Positions 7,262 to 14,766 of a DNA stretch of 43,715 bases are shown here, piece by piece. This DNA comes from a virus: the IMG/VR virus record IMGVR_UViG_3300045988_059775; one strand, written 5' to 3'. A program made the position numbers and the translations under genes. Under the pieces are notes generated by a model, which was not told the origin of the DNA, searched no databases, and saw nothing but the letters and a program-made list of their open reading frames with translations. How positions within the stretch are numbered: position 1 is the first letter of the stretch; every line of letters starts with the position of its first letter.

Positions 7262-7570
7262 ATGAAAACCACGATGCGGGATAAGGCTTGCCAGCTGATC
7301 GGCAAGTATCAGTTCTTGGAAGAGGACTTCCGTTCAAGGTCATTTTTCAAGTCCGGGCCGTTTTGCGGCCCGTATGGCCAGTCGGAGGAAGCTATAAAAG
7401 CAAAGATGTGTGGCCAGTTCTTGGCCGATTTGAACAAGCTGCTGGAAAATGACGAAGTTGCAGCAGCCTATGAAGACCCCCGCAAGACCGCCCCGGCTGG
7501 CAAGTGGTGCGCGGACTCAGCGGCACAGGCAGCTGAGAGCGCCGCAAAGGAGGCACAGAGCAATGGGTAA
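7262..7570 (+). CDS. Hypothetical protein
   Basis: 102-aa ORF tightly packed after the BRO gene with a GGAGG RBS. Confidence 0.6.
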   Translation: MKTTMRDKACQLIGKYQFLEEDFRSRSFFKSGPFCGPYGQSEEAIKAKMCGQFLADLNKLLENDEVAAAYEDPRKTAPAGKWCADSAAQAAESAAKEAQSNG

Positions 7571-7745
7571 AGTACTGGCGATCATCATCGCGTTTGCCGT
7601 CATTCTGGGCATCTCTTGGGGCGTTACCTGCGCCGCCGTGTGGTCCATCTGCGTATTGATGCACTGGACGTTCACCTGGGCCGCCGGAACGGCGGCGTGG
7701 ATCGCGCTCTGGCTCATCGGCAGCTTTGGCAGCTCCAAGAAGTGA
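7563..7745 (+). CDS. Small two-helix membrane protein (paralog of 5741-5938)
   Basis: MGKVLAIIIAFAVILGISWGVTCAAVWSICVLMHWTFTWAAGTAAWIALWLIG. ATG 7563 lies within the track ORF 7449-7745. Confidence 0.55.
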   Translation: MGKVLAIIIAFAVILGISWGVTCAAVWSICVLMHWTFTWAAGTAAWIALWLIGSFGSSKK

Positions 7746-7799
7746 GGCGCTGACCATGCCTGCACAGAAGAAATACACCAATAAAGGAAGGTTATGAAC

Positions 7800-8963
7800 A
7801 TGAGTGAAAAAATCATCGCCTACAAGGCCATGGACAAAAATATGCAGTGCCGTGGCAAGCAGTATGAGGTTGGCAAAACCTACCATGAGGACGAGGCCGA
7901 CTGCCGCAACGCTGGTATGCACGCCTGCGAGAACCCGCTGGATGTGCTGCACTATTACCCGTTGAGGGATAGCCCGCGCTTTTTTGAGGTCGAGTGCGGC
8001 GGGAACGTGGATAAAAGCAAAGAGGACAGTAAACTGGCCTGCACTGAGCTGGCGGTGAAAGACGAGGTGAACTTTGCGGGGCTTGTAAAAGCTACGGTGA
8101 ATGCCGTTTTTAATCGGGTGAAGGGCAAAGAGCCTTTTTCCAGTGGCTATTCCAGCACGGCGGGTGCCAGCGGCGATTGCAGCACGGCGGGTTCCAGCGG
8201 CCGTTGCAGCACGGCGGGTGCCAGCGGCGATTGCAGCACGGCGGGTGCCAGCGGCTATTACAGCACGGCGGGTTCCAGCGGCGATTACAGCACGGCGGGT
8301 GCCAGTGGCTATTACAGCACGGCGGGTGCCAGCGGCTATTCCAGCACGGCGGGTTCCAGTGGCTATTCCAGCACGGCGGGTGCCAGCGGCGATTCCAGCA
8401 CGGCGGGTGCCAGCGGCTATTGCAGCACGGCGGGTGCCAGTGGCTATTCCAGCACGGCGGGTGCCAGCGGCGATTGCAGCACGGCGGGTTCCAGCGGCCG
8501 TTGCAGCACGGCGGGTACCAGCGGCGATTACAGCACGGCGGGTTCTAGCGGCGATTACAGTACGGCGGGTGCCAGTGGCTATTCCAGCACGGCGGGTGCC
8601 AGCGGCGATTCCAGCACGGCGGGTACCAGCGGCTGTTGCAGCACGGCGGGTGCCAGTGGCTATTCCAGCACGGCGGGTGCCAGCGGCTGTTGCAGCACGG
8701 CGGGTGCCAGTGGCTATTCCAGCACGGCGGCAGCCACTGGGGCTTATTGCAGAGCAAAAGCAGATGGAAAAGACAATGTCGCAGTCGCAAACGGCGCGCA
8801 CAGTAAGGCACGGGGCATTCTGGGCTGCTATCTTGTGCTGACCGAGTACGACGATGACGGCAATATGCTGTGGGCAAAGATGGCAAAAGTAGACGGCGCT
8901 CACATCAAGGAAAACGTCTGGTACACGCTCAAAAATGGTGAGTTTGCGGAGACAAAGCTGTGA
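7800..8963 (+). CDS. Repeat protein: conserved Cys-containing N-terminal domain, 21 copies of a 9-residue STAG(A/S/T)SGxx repeat, and a C-terminal cap domain
   Basis: AAGGAAGG RBS lies 8 nt before ATG 7800. N-terminus AYKAMDKNMQCRGKQYEVGKTY...GMHACENPLDVLHYY resembles a domain of unknown function that I recall being followed by short Gly/Ser repeats in phage and bacterial proteins. The repeats stay in frame. Confidence 0.8.
   Translation: MSEKIIAYKAMDKNMQCRGKQYEVGKTYHEDEADCRNAGMHACENPLDVLHYYPLRDSPRFFEVECGGNVDKSKEDSKLACTELAVKDEVNFAGLVKATVNAVFNRVKGKEPFSSGYSSTAGASGDCSTAGSSGRCSTAGASGDCSTAGASGYYSTAGSSGDYSTAGASGYYSTAGASGYSSTAGSSGYSSTAGASGDSSTAGASGYCSTAGASGYSSTAGASGDCSTAGSSGRCSTAGTSGDYSTAGSSGDYSTAGASGYSSTAGASGDSSTAGTSGCCSTAGASGYSSTAGASGCCSTAGASGYSSTAAATGAYCRAKADGKDNVAVANGAHSKARGILGCYLVLTEYDDDGNMLWAKMAKVDGAHIKENVWYTLKNGEFAETKL
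8154..8747 (+). repeat. Tandem 27-bp coding repeat, 21 full units plus one degenerate unit
   Basis: Unit agcacggcgggtgccagcggcgattgc. Differences are concentrated in codons 5, 8 and 9 of each unit (A/S/T; D/Y/R/C; C/S/Y). Confidence 0.95.
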
Positions 8964-9003
8964 AAAAGCACTGCAAAACCAAATTGAAAGAAAGGAGCAG
9001 GCC

Positions 9004-9243
9004 ATGCAGAATCCGAGTCTTACGATAGGCGAATGCGTCCAGATCCTTCGGGACAACAACATCTCAAAGACCGAAAAGGTCTTGGGAGCACAGATCCAGG
9101 CGGGGCTATTTACCAGCTGGGCGATCCCGTCCGTAGGAACAAAAGAGCCCTGCCCTGACATCTCCCGCGCCGGATTTATGGCGTGGGTGAAGGATTTCTA
9201 CAAGCTCGAAAAGGTATATACAAAGGAGGAACCAAGAGAATGA
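9004..9243 (+). CDS. Hypothetical protein
   Basis: AAAGGAG RBS before ATG 9004 (track ORF from 8935). Confidence 0.55.
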   Translation: MQNPSLTIGECVQILRDNNISKTEKVLGAQIQAGLFTSWAIPSVGTKEPCPDISRAGFMAWVKDFYKLEKVYTKEEPRE

Positions 9244-9545
9244 GACTCAAATCGTTTGTCGCCACCGGCACGGTAGGCCTGCTGGCCATTATCGGAGCGG
9301 CGCAGGTGTGGCGCTGGGCCTGCTCTTTGATGGCCGTTGCGCTGACCTACTGGGGCGGCTGGGACATCGCCGAGGCTGCGCATGCCGCGCCTTGGATTAT
9401 TGTTGCATCCACTGCCGGGCTGGCAATGTCGTTTTATGGGATGCATGAGGACAACAAACGGTATAAGCGCAGCGGCTACGGCAAAATCGTCCGCAACCAT
9501 GCCCGGAATCCGGAGTATCCGCAGGATGAGGAGAAGGGCGCATGA
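9240..9545 (+). CDS. Hypothetical membrane protein
   Basis: AAAGGAGG RBS. Hydrophobic segments GTVGLLAIIGAAQVW and PWIIVASTAGLAMSFYG. Confidence 0.6.
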   Translation: MRLKSFVATGTVGLLAIIGAAQVWRWACSLMAVALTYWGGWDIAEAAHAAPWIIVASTAGLAMSFYGMHEDNKRYKRSGYGKIVRNHARNPEYPQDEEKGA

Positions 9546-9736
9546 AGCTGGAAGAGTTGATTCGGCAGCAGGCCGAAGAGCACCTGAAAACAGCCACACG
9601 GCTTGCAACGGAGTCCGCGCTCACGGGAGACATCTGGCTGCGGGTCATCTGCCGGGAAAAATCAGAGGTCTATAGCGCGGCAGCAGATGGGCTGCTCACA
9701 GCCCTCCACGATGCGGAGGATGTCGCACATGGCTGA
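9542..9736 (+). CDS. Hypothetical protein
   Basis: 64-aa ORF. ATGA overlap with the previous gene. Confidence 0.55.
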   Translation: MKLEELIRQQAEEHLKTATRLATESALTGDIWLRVICREKSEVYSAAADGLLTALHDAEDVAHG

Positions 9737-10019
9737 TTACATTCACTATATCACATGGTACACCGTGTACAGCGCCAAGACCGGTGAGGTAGTGGCAGCG
9801 GGAACGTCCGCCATGTGCGCTGCGAAACTGGGATACAAGACCGCCAACAGTTTTGTGTCTTCTGTTGGACACCGACGCCATGAAAAAAGGCATCCGCACA
9901 AGTACATTTTTGAGCAGGAGCGCATTGATCGTGCGGAGGTTGACTGTCTCCCTCCGCTTCGCCGTTACTGCAAAAAGAAAGGCCGGTATACGAAAAGGAA
10001 GTGGGAATATGAACGGTAG
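9729..10019 (+). CDS. Hypothetical basic protein
   Basis: ATG 9729 within track ORF 9603-10019. Overlaps neighbours in operon style. Confidence 0.5.
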   Translation: MADYIHYITWYTVYSAKTGEVVAAGTSAMCAAKLGYKTANSFVSSVGHRRHEKRHPHKYIFEQERIDRAEVDCLPPLRRYCKKKGRYTKRKWEYER

Positions 10020-10290
10020 ATATATGCGAGCCGCAGAGATTCGCTGGAATAATCGACAGCCGGAACGGTTGCGGCACATCCATCGGAATGAAGCTCAAAA
10101 ACAGCAGGCTTCATTCTGCTGCCATGCTTACCATAAAGGGAATCCTGGCAGATGCGATAAACTGGTTTTTGCCGGTTTTGACCCCGTGTTATCAAGTGTG
10201 CAGGCTCAGCATTGGGCGGACGAAAACTGGCCGCTTTATGACCATATCGACGTCTTGGATTCTTCTGGCCGCAAGATTTACGGGAGGTAA
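10009..10290 (+). CDS. Hypothetical protein
   Basis: ATG 10009 within track ORF 9853-10290, preceded by GGAAGTGGG. Confidence 0.5.
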   Translation: MNGRYMRAAEIRWNNRQPERLRHIHRNEAQKQQASFCCHAYHKGNPGRCDKLVFAGFDPVLSSVQAQHWADENWPLYDHIDVLDSSGRKIYGR

Positions 10291-10295
10291 TACAC

Positions 10296-10913
10296 ATGAG
10301 TCAGACGTTAGCCCGCAGAGCGCGAATCAAAGACCTTTCTAACAAGGCCGAGGGCATTTTCCAGTACGTTGGGAACGACAATGTGCTGTTCCGGCTCATC
10401 AGTACCGGCAACAAGCTCACCAGCGACGTCAACTATGCTGTGGCTCTGTTCACCGGCTTCGCCCGCAGCCATCAGCTGGGCAGTCAGGAGACCCGCCGCA
10501 CAATCGACTCGATTTATCGCCGGGTCGGTGAGCTCATGTGCCTCATCGACATCGTTCATGCCGCTGCCGGCGAAGAAATCATGCCTGAGCCGTATGAATC
10601 CATAGATTTTTGTTACATGACCGAGTACCGCACCATGCTACGGGAGGCCGTCATTCGTGGGATGCCGGACGACTACAAAGGCCCGGCGCAGAACCCCTAC
10701 ACTGTCAGCCTTGTGCAGCCGGGCGTTGGCCACGGTAATGGTTACACACTGGACGAGTACGATGACGATTTCTTCGCCCGATTTACTCGCAGAGAAGAGT
10801 CGCGTGACCGGAAGCTCGTCTTCCGCTGCACTAAATCCGAGCTTGACGCCATCAAGCGTTACGCCAATATCATCGATATTAAATTTACCGAGGAGGAAAT
10901 TCATCATGCCTGA
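10296..10913 (+). CDS. Hypothetical protein occupying the position normally held by the RecT partner exonuclease
   Basis: 205-aa ORF directly upstream of, and overlapping, recT. No PD-(D/E)xK-type motif seen by eye. Confidence 0.65.
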   Translation: MSQTLARRARIKDLSNKAEGIFQYVGNDNVLFRLISTGNKLTSDVNYAVALFTGFARSHQLGSQETRRTIDSIYRRVGELMCLIDIVHAAAGEEIMPEPYESIDFCYMTEYRTMLREAVIRGMPDDYKGPAQNPYTVSLVQPGVGHGNGYTLDEYDDDFFARFTRREESRDRKLVFRCTKSELDAIKRYANIIDIKFTEEEIHHA

Positions 10914-11595
10914 GAAAAACCAGACCCCTATCGAGATGCTCGACCAGAATGCAGCTGTCGTCCAGAGTGCAGAGGCGCCTGCGCCTGCAGCACCTATCCA
11001 GTTGCAGCAGCGCCAGAGCTACGCCGAGAAGGTGCAGGGATTGACCGTTGACGAGCGCAACTGGATGCTTGCAAAGTCTAAAGCCGCCGCTATGGCGCAG
11101 CTTCCCGCAGGCTTCTTGCCCCAGACCTACACCGGCAATCCCGGCGCGTGCGCTATCGCCTGCGAGATGGCCCTGCGCATGGGCGTTTCTCATCTCTTCG
11201 TCATGCAGAACCTTTACGTCGTCCATGGTATGCCCACATGGAGCGGCAAGAGCTGCAAAGCCCTCATCGACAACAGCGGCCAGTTTGCAGGCTGCACCCG
11301 CTACCGCATGGAGGGCGAAGAAGGCACCGACAACTGGGGCTGCCGCCTGATCGGCGTGGATAAGCTCACCGGCGAAAAGGTCGAAGGCCCGAAAGTCACG
11401 GTCAAGATGGCAAAGGATGCCGGGTGGTGGGACAAGAATGGCAGCTACTGGCCCAAGATGACCGAAATGATGCTCAAGTACCGCGCCGCCGCTTACTTTG
11501 CCCGCGCCGAGTGTCCGGAGGTCCTGATGGGCGCCAACATCGACTACGAGGTAGGCGCTGGCGACGCCGAGGAAGAGGGTGCGGCCCATGCTTAA
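10906..11595 (+). CDS. recT: RecT-family single-strand annealing recombinase
   Basis: GNPGACAIACEMALRMGVSHLFVMQNLYVVHGMPTWSGKSCKALI ... WPKMTEMMLKYRAAAYFARAECPEVL resembles the RecT core. GAGGAGG RBS before ATG 10906. Confidence 0.8.
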   Translation: MPEKNQTPIEMLDQNAAVVQSAEAPAPAAPIQLQQRQSYAEKVQGLTVDERNWMLAKSKAAAMAQLPAGFLPQTYTGNPGACAIACEMALRMGVSHLFVMQNLYVVHGMPTWSGKSCKALIDNSGQFAGCTRYRMEGEEGTDNWGCRLIGVDKLTGEKVEGPKVTVKMAKDAGWWDKNGSYWPKMTEMMLKYRAAAYFARAECPEVLMGANIDYEVGAGDAEEEGAAHA

Positions 11596-12028
11596 TGTTG
11601 TTGCGCTGATGGGCCGTCTGGTCTACGACCCGGAGCTCAAGACCACCCAGAACGGCACCAACGTGTGCAGCTTCCGCGTCGCGGTTGACCGCAACTTTGC
11701 CCGTCAGGGCGAGCAGCGTCAGGCCGATTTTATCGACGTCACCGCGTGGCGGCAGACCGCAGAGTTCGTCTCCAAGTATTTCCAGAAGAGCAGCATGATC
11801 GCCATCGAAGGCAGCTTGCAGACGACCTCGTACCAGGACAAGAACGGCAACAACCGCACCAAAGTTGAGGTCGTCGCCAGTAACGTGAGCTTCTGCGGCA
11901 GTAAGGCCGCAGAGCGGGCTGTCGTGAAGGATTTTGACCAGCAGAAGCCTCAGAGCGTACCGGAGTATTCGCAGGGCAGTGCAGACGACTTTTCGGTCAT
12001 CGACGATTCGGAGGACTTGCCGTTCTAA
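11588..12028 (+). CDS. ssb: Single-stranded DNA-binding protein
   Basis: MLNVVALMGRLVYDPELKTTQNGTNVCSFRVAVDR...FIDVTAWRQTAE resembles an OB fold. The acidic C-terminal tail ends in DDSEDLPF. The track ORF starts at GTG 11579. Confidence 0.92.
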   Translation: MLNVVALMGRLVYDPELKTTQNGTNVCSFRVAVDRNFARQGEQRQADFIDVTAWRQTAEFVSKYFQKSSMIAIEGSLQTTSYQDKNGNNRTKVEVVASNVSFCGSKAAERAVVKDFDQQKPQSVPEYSQGSADDFSVIDDSEDLPF

Positions 12029-12078
12029 ACCGAGAGTTGAGCTATTTGGCTATACGGGCGCGCAAAGGAGGTGATCGA

Positions 12079-12825
12079 GTGGCACAGGACGATAAAAAGT
12101 CATTTGTGGCGTATCTGAGCTGGTTCGACGCGCTGGAAGAATACTCCGACGCAGAGGTTGGGCGGTTGATGCGAGCTCTTGCACGGTATGCCAAAACCGG
12201 AGAAGAGCCAGAATTTTCAGACCGTGGGATGCGTGGCAACTGGAAATTTATGTGCAGCGACGTAAAACGGGCGTCTGAAAAATGGGATGAAACCCGCAAG
12301 AAACGCAGCAACGCCGGAAAACGCGGTATGGCAAAGCGCTGGGGAAAGCCTGACGACATAACAAAAATAACAAACGATACCAATGTTAATGACGACATAA
12401 CAAAAATAACTGTAGATGTAGATGTAGATGTAGATGTAGATGGGGATGTAGATGTAGATGGGGATGTAGATGTTGTAAAGCGCGATAACACCGCCGCTGT
12501 TGATATGGAGTTATCAAAAATCGTCCAGCATTACCAACGTGCTATCGGCGACTTCCCGCGTTCGGCGCTGGAAAAACTGCAAAAATGGCGGCAGGAGTAC
12601 AGCACGGAGATGATTTTGCTGGCGATCGACAAGGCTGCAGAGGCCGGGAAGCGCTCGTGGAACTACATCAACGGCATCCTGTCTGGCTGGCAGCGGGACG
12701 GGATACGCACCCCGGGGGATGTGGCAGCGAATGAGCAGCGCCGACAAGAGCAGCCTCGCGGGAAACAAGCCACAGAAAGCACCGCAGAAGCATACGCAAA
12801 TATTTTCAAGGGGGTGAAACCGTGA
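12079..12825 (+). CDS. Replisome organizer (phage replication-organizer N-terminal domain plus DnaD-like C-terminal domain)
   Basis: SFVAYLSWFDALEEYSDAEVGRLMRALARYAKTGEEPEF (N-terminal) and MILLAIDKAAEAGKRSWNYINGILSGWQRDGIRT (DnaD-like). AAAGGAGG RBS before GTG 12079. An internal DITKIT / (VD)n repeat linker separates the domains. Confidence 0.85.
   Translation: MAQDDKKSFVAYLSWFDALEEYSDAEVGRLMRALARYAKTGEEPEFSDRGMRGNWKFMCSDVKRASEKWDETRKKRSNAGKRGMAKRWGKPDDITKITNDTNVNDDITKITVDVDVDVDVDGDVDVDGDVDVVKRDNTAAVDMELSKIVQHYQRAIGDFPRSALEKLQKWRQEYSTEMILLAIDKAAEAGKRSWNYINGILSGWQRDGIRTPGDVAANEQRRQEQPRGKQATESTAEAYANIFKGVKP
12351..12477 (+). repeat. Iteron-like repeats inside the replisome-organizer gene (candidate replication origin)
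   Basis: The 21-bp repeat tgacgacataacaaaaataac occurs at 12351-12371 and 12390-12410. It is followed by a run of gtagat hexamers interrupted by gggg (12412-12475). Confidence 0.55.
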
Positions 12826-13160
12826 CAGTGGAGATGATGACAAAGCTCCTTGCTGACGCTGAGGCCTATTTTGGACGGCCTCAGACCGCAGAGAACCGCA
12901 CAAGCATCGCGGAGATCTGGGCGAACTCATCGCTCAAGGATGTGCCGGATGAGATGGCCTATAAGACATTCCACGAGGTGATTTCGGAGTGCAGCTGGCA
13001 GAGCCAGCTTCTCCCGGCGTGGAAAAAGGCCATCGAAAAGGCCCAGGGTGAGCAGATGCTGGCGAAGCACTGCCTTGCTGCCCGCACCCGGACGCTCAAG
13101 TCCAGGGCAGAAAGAAAGCTTCTTGGGCAGGAAAACCAGAACGGAGGACGAAATGCCTAG
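12822..13160 (+). CDS. Hypothetical protein (replication module)
   Basis: 112-aa ORF. GTGA overlap with the previous gene. Confidence 0.6.
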   Translation: MTVEMMTKLLADAEAYFGRPQTAENRTSIAEIWANSSLKDVPDEMAYKTFHEVISECSWQSQLLPAWKKAIEKAQGEQMLAKHCLAARTRTLKSRAERKLLGQENQNGGRNA

Positions 13161-13335
13161 ATACAAAGTCATCGTAGAGTGCAGTGGCCCGCACGGGAAC
13201 GCGGCGCTTACATACCGCATTAACGCCGCGAGTCAGTTTGCGGCAGAGTTCCGGGCCTGCCAGCTGGCGGGCGACCATTACCCCGAGTATCGGGACATCA
13301 AACCGGTGAGGACGGAGGTGCTGAAAAATGGCTAA
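13153..13335 (+). CDS. Hypothetical protein (60 aa)
   Basis: AACGGAGG RBS before ATG 13153 (track ORF from 13048). Confidence 0.5.
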   Translation: MPRYKVIVECSGPHGNAALTYRINAASQFAAEFRACQLAGDHYPEYRDIKPVRTEVLKNG

Positions 13336-13654
13336 AATCATAGACCATCTTTCGCAGGGCGAAATTCTCGCCCAGATGGCAGAAGAGCTGGCAGAGGCCG
13401 CACAGGCGGCGCTCAAACTGCGCCGGGCGCTGGATGACTCAAACCCGACTCCCAAGACTATCCCCAAATGCTGGGAGTCGCTGGAAGAAGAAATCGGCGA
13501 TGTCATGAACTGCATTGACGCACTTTTGCTGGAAGACGCTCTGAACTACCACACATTTATGAGCAAGTGCGGCGAAAAGGCAGAGCCCAAAATGAGCCGT
13601 TGGAAGCAGCGGTTGAAAGCGAGGTACGCGAAAAATGACGATGACGCCGTGTAA
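13328..13654 (+). CDS. MazG-like nucleotide pyrophosphohydrolase-fold protein (tentative)
   Basis: Two acidic helices, MAEELAEAAQAAL and LEEEIGDVMNCIDALL, resemble the EExxE / ExxD pattern of small MazG-type proteins. Confidence 0.5.
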   Translation: MAKIIDHLSQGEILAQMAEELAEAAQAALKLRRALDDSNPTPKTIPKCWESLEEEIGDVMNCIDALLLEDALNYHTFMSKCGEKAEPKMSRWKQRLKARYAKNDDDAV

Positions 13655-13856
13655 AGACTGCCCCACTCGGCACCCGGTATGCCACGACACCTGCCCCACC
13701 AAGTACGCCGAGTTCAAGCGCCAGCGCGGCGCAGAAGCCGCTTACACACGAGAGATGCTGGACACAGGCAAAGTCTACCACTACGACCACGAGGACCGTC
13801 ACCGGGAACGGGGCCGTAAGAAATACATGGGAGCGAACGGAGGTGCGGACAGATGA
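13635..13856 (+). CDS. Cys-rich hypothetical protein
   Basis: CKDCPTRHPVCHDTCP cluster. Ends with ANGGADR, encoded by the repeated junction sequence. Confidence 0.55.
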   Translation: MTMTPCKDCPTRHPVCHDTCPTKYAEFKRQRGAEAAYTREMLDTGKVYHYDHEDRHRERGRKKYMGANGGADR

Positions 13857-13857
13857 A
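13833..13857 (+). repeat. 25-nt gene-junction repeat, copy 1 (gcgaacggaggtgcggacagatgaa)
   Basis: Matches 14096-14120 at 24 of 25 positions. Supplies the C-terminal ANGGADR, an RBS and an ATGA overlap start. Confidence 0.9.
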
Positions 13858-14119
13858 GCGGACTGCAAGTAAATGGGTTGACCCATCAAAGAGACTGCCT
13901 CGTAGCCTGAAGCCCGTCCTCTTTGTAGAAAAATCGCTCTTCCACGAGGAAGCAGTGGTCGGATGCTATGACTCCACCTATAAATGCTGGACGATTTTAG
14001 AGCGTGGGTACAGCATCACAAGATCTATTCCAACCGAAAACGTGCGGTGTTGGATGCCGAAGCCCAAGCCGCCTAGAAAGAGGGAACCTGCAAAAGCGAA
14101 CGGAGGAGCGGACAGATGA
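13853..14119 (+). CDS. DUF551-like hypothetical protein (tentative)
   Basis: KWVDPSKRLPRSLKPVLF...CWMPKPKPP resembles the short phage DUF551 pattern. Also ends in ANGGADR. Confidence 0.55.
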   Translation: MKRTASKWVDPSKRLPRSLKPVLFVEKSLFHEEAVVGCYDSTYKCWTILERGYSITRSIPTENVRCWMPKPKPPRKREPAKANGGADR

Positions 14120-14120
14120 A
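14096..14120 (+). repeat. 25-nt gene-junction repeat, copy 2
   Basis: gcgaacggaggagcggacagatgaa; one mismatch to copy 1. Confidence 0.9.
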
Positions 14121-14763
14121 AGTGCTTATCGCCTGTGAGGAATCACAGGAAGTATGCAAGGCATTTCGGGCAAAAGGCCACGAAGCCTACTCCTGCGATA
14201 TTCAGGAGCCGTCCGGCGGACATCCCGAGTGGCATATCTTGGGCGATGCGCTCAAGGCTCTGGAGGGGGGGCGAGTCGTGACAATGGACGGCGTAACGCA
14301 TGACGTTGGCAAGTGGGACTTGCTCATTGCACACCCTCCCTGTACGTACCTGAGCAACGCCGGCGCTTCTAGGCTTTACAAGATCATTGATGGAAAAAGT
14401 TACGTCGCTCTTGAACGTCTGAGCAAAGGCATGGAAGCAAAAGAATTTTTCCTCCGATTCTTGCAAAGCGGAATTTCGAAGATTGCTGTTGAAAACCCCG
14501 TGCCATCTGGCGTTTACCGCCTTCCGAGGTACACACAAATCATCCAGCCGTGGCAGTTCGGGCATCCCTTCCACAAAAAGACTTGCTTATGGTTAAAAGG
14601 TCTCCTTCCGCTAGAGCCTACAGAAATTGTCATGCCAACAATGTATTGGGTGCAAGGGCAAGGTCCGCGAGGGAAAGGCCACCCGGGAGGCCACAGATCG
14701 CAAAAAGAGCGAAGCAAGACCTTTCCCGGAATTGCAAAAGCAATGGCCGAACAGTGGGGGTAA
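14116..14763 (+). CDS. Small DNA methyltransferase-like protein (Pro-Cys motif type; tentative)
   Basis: LLIAHPPCTYLSNAG (PPC, like C5-methyltransferase motif IV) and KIAVENP (ENV-like motif VI). No clear FxGxG motif, so the assignment is tentative. Confidence 0.55.
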   Translation: MKVLIACEESQEVCKAFRAKGHEAYSCDIQEPSGGHPEWHILGDALKALEGGRVVTMDGVTHDVGKWDLLIAHPPCTYLSNAGASRLYKIIDGKSYVALERLSKGMEAKEFFLRFLQSGISKIAVENPVPSGVYRLPRYTQIIQPWQFGHPFHKKTCLWLKGLLPLEPTEIVMPTMYWVQGQGPRGKGHPGGHRSQKERSKTFPGIAKAMAEQWG

Positions 14764-14766
14764 AAA

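Noticed and set aside
8154-8747. Regular 27-bp repeats that could be mistaken for a CRISPR array or a DGR variable region.
   Set aside because: The units are contiguous with no spacers and stay in frame within a CDS. No cas genes, reverse transcriptase or template repeat exist anywhere in the window. The variable positions are not restricted to adenine-templated sites.
7392-9161. A 589-aa minus-strand ORF, the largest ORF in the early region, plus alternative plus-frame ORFs at 8143-8841 and 8177-8548.
   Set aside because: All are readings of the 27-bp tandem repeat in other frames or on the other strand (monotonous AGTRRA / ARRVPAA / QHGG repeats). They have no RBS, and the 7800-8963 frame has proper N- and C-terminal non-repeat domains and an RBS.
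10657-10905. The N-terminal 83 codons of track ORF 10657-11595 (long RecT).
   Set aside because: This segment overlaps the better-supported ORF 10296-10913 in another frame and translates to Ser/Thr/Ala-rich junk. GAGGAGG-ATG at 10906 gives a normal-sized RecT.
12411-12477. The GTAGAT hexamer run as a simple microsatellite or sequencing artefact.
   Set aside because: It is in frame, is flanked by a duplicated 21-mer, and sits in the inter-domain linker of the replisome organizer, where phage origins are commonly embedded. It is therefore kept as a candidate iteron block rather than dismissed.
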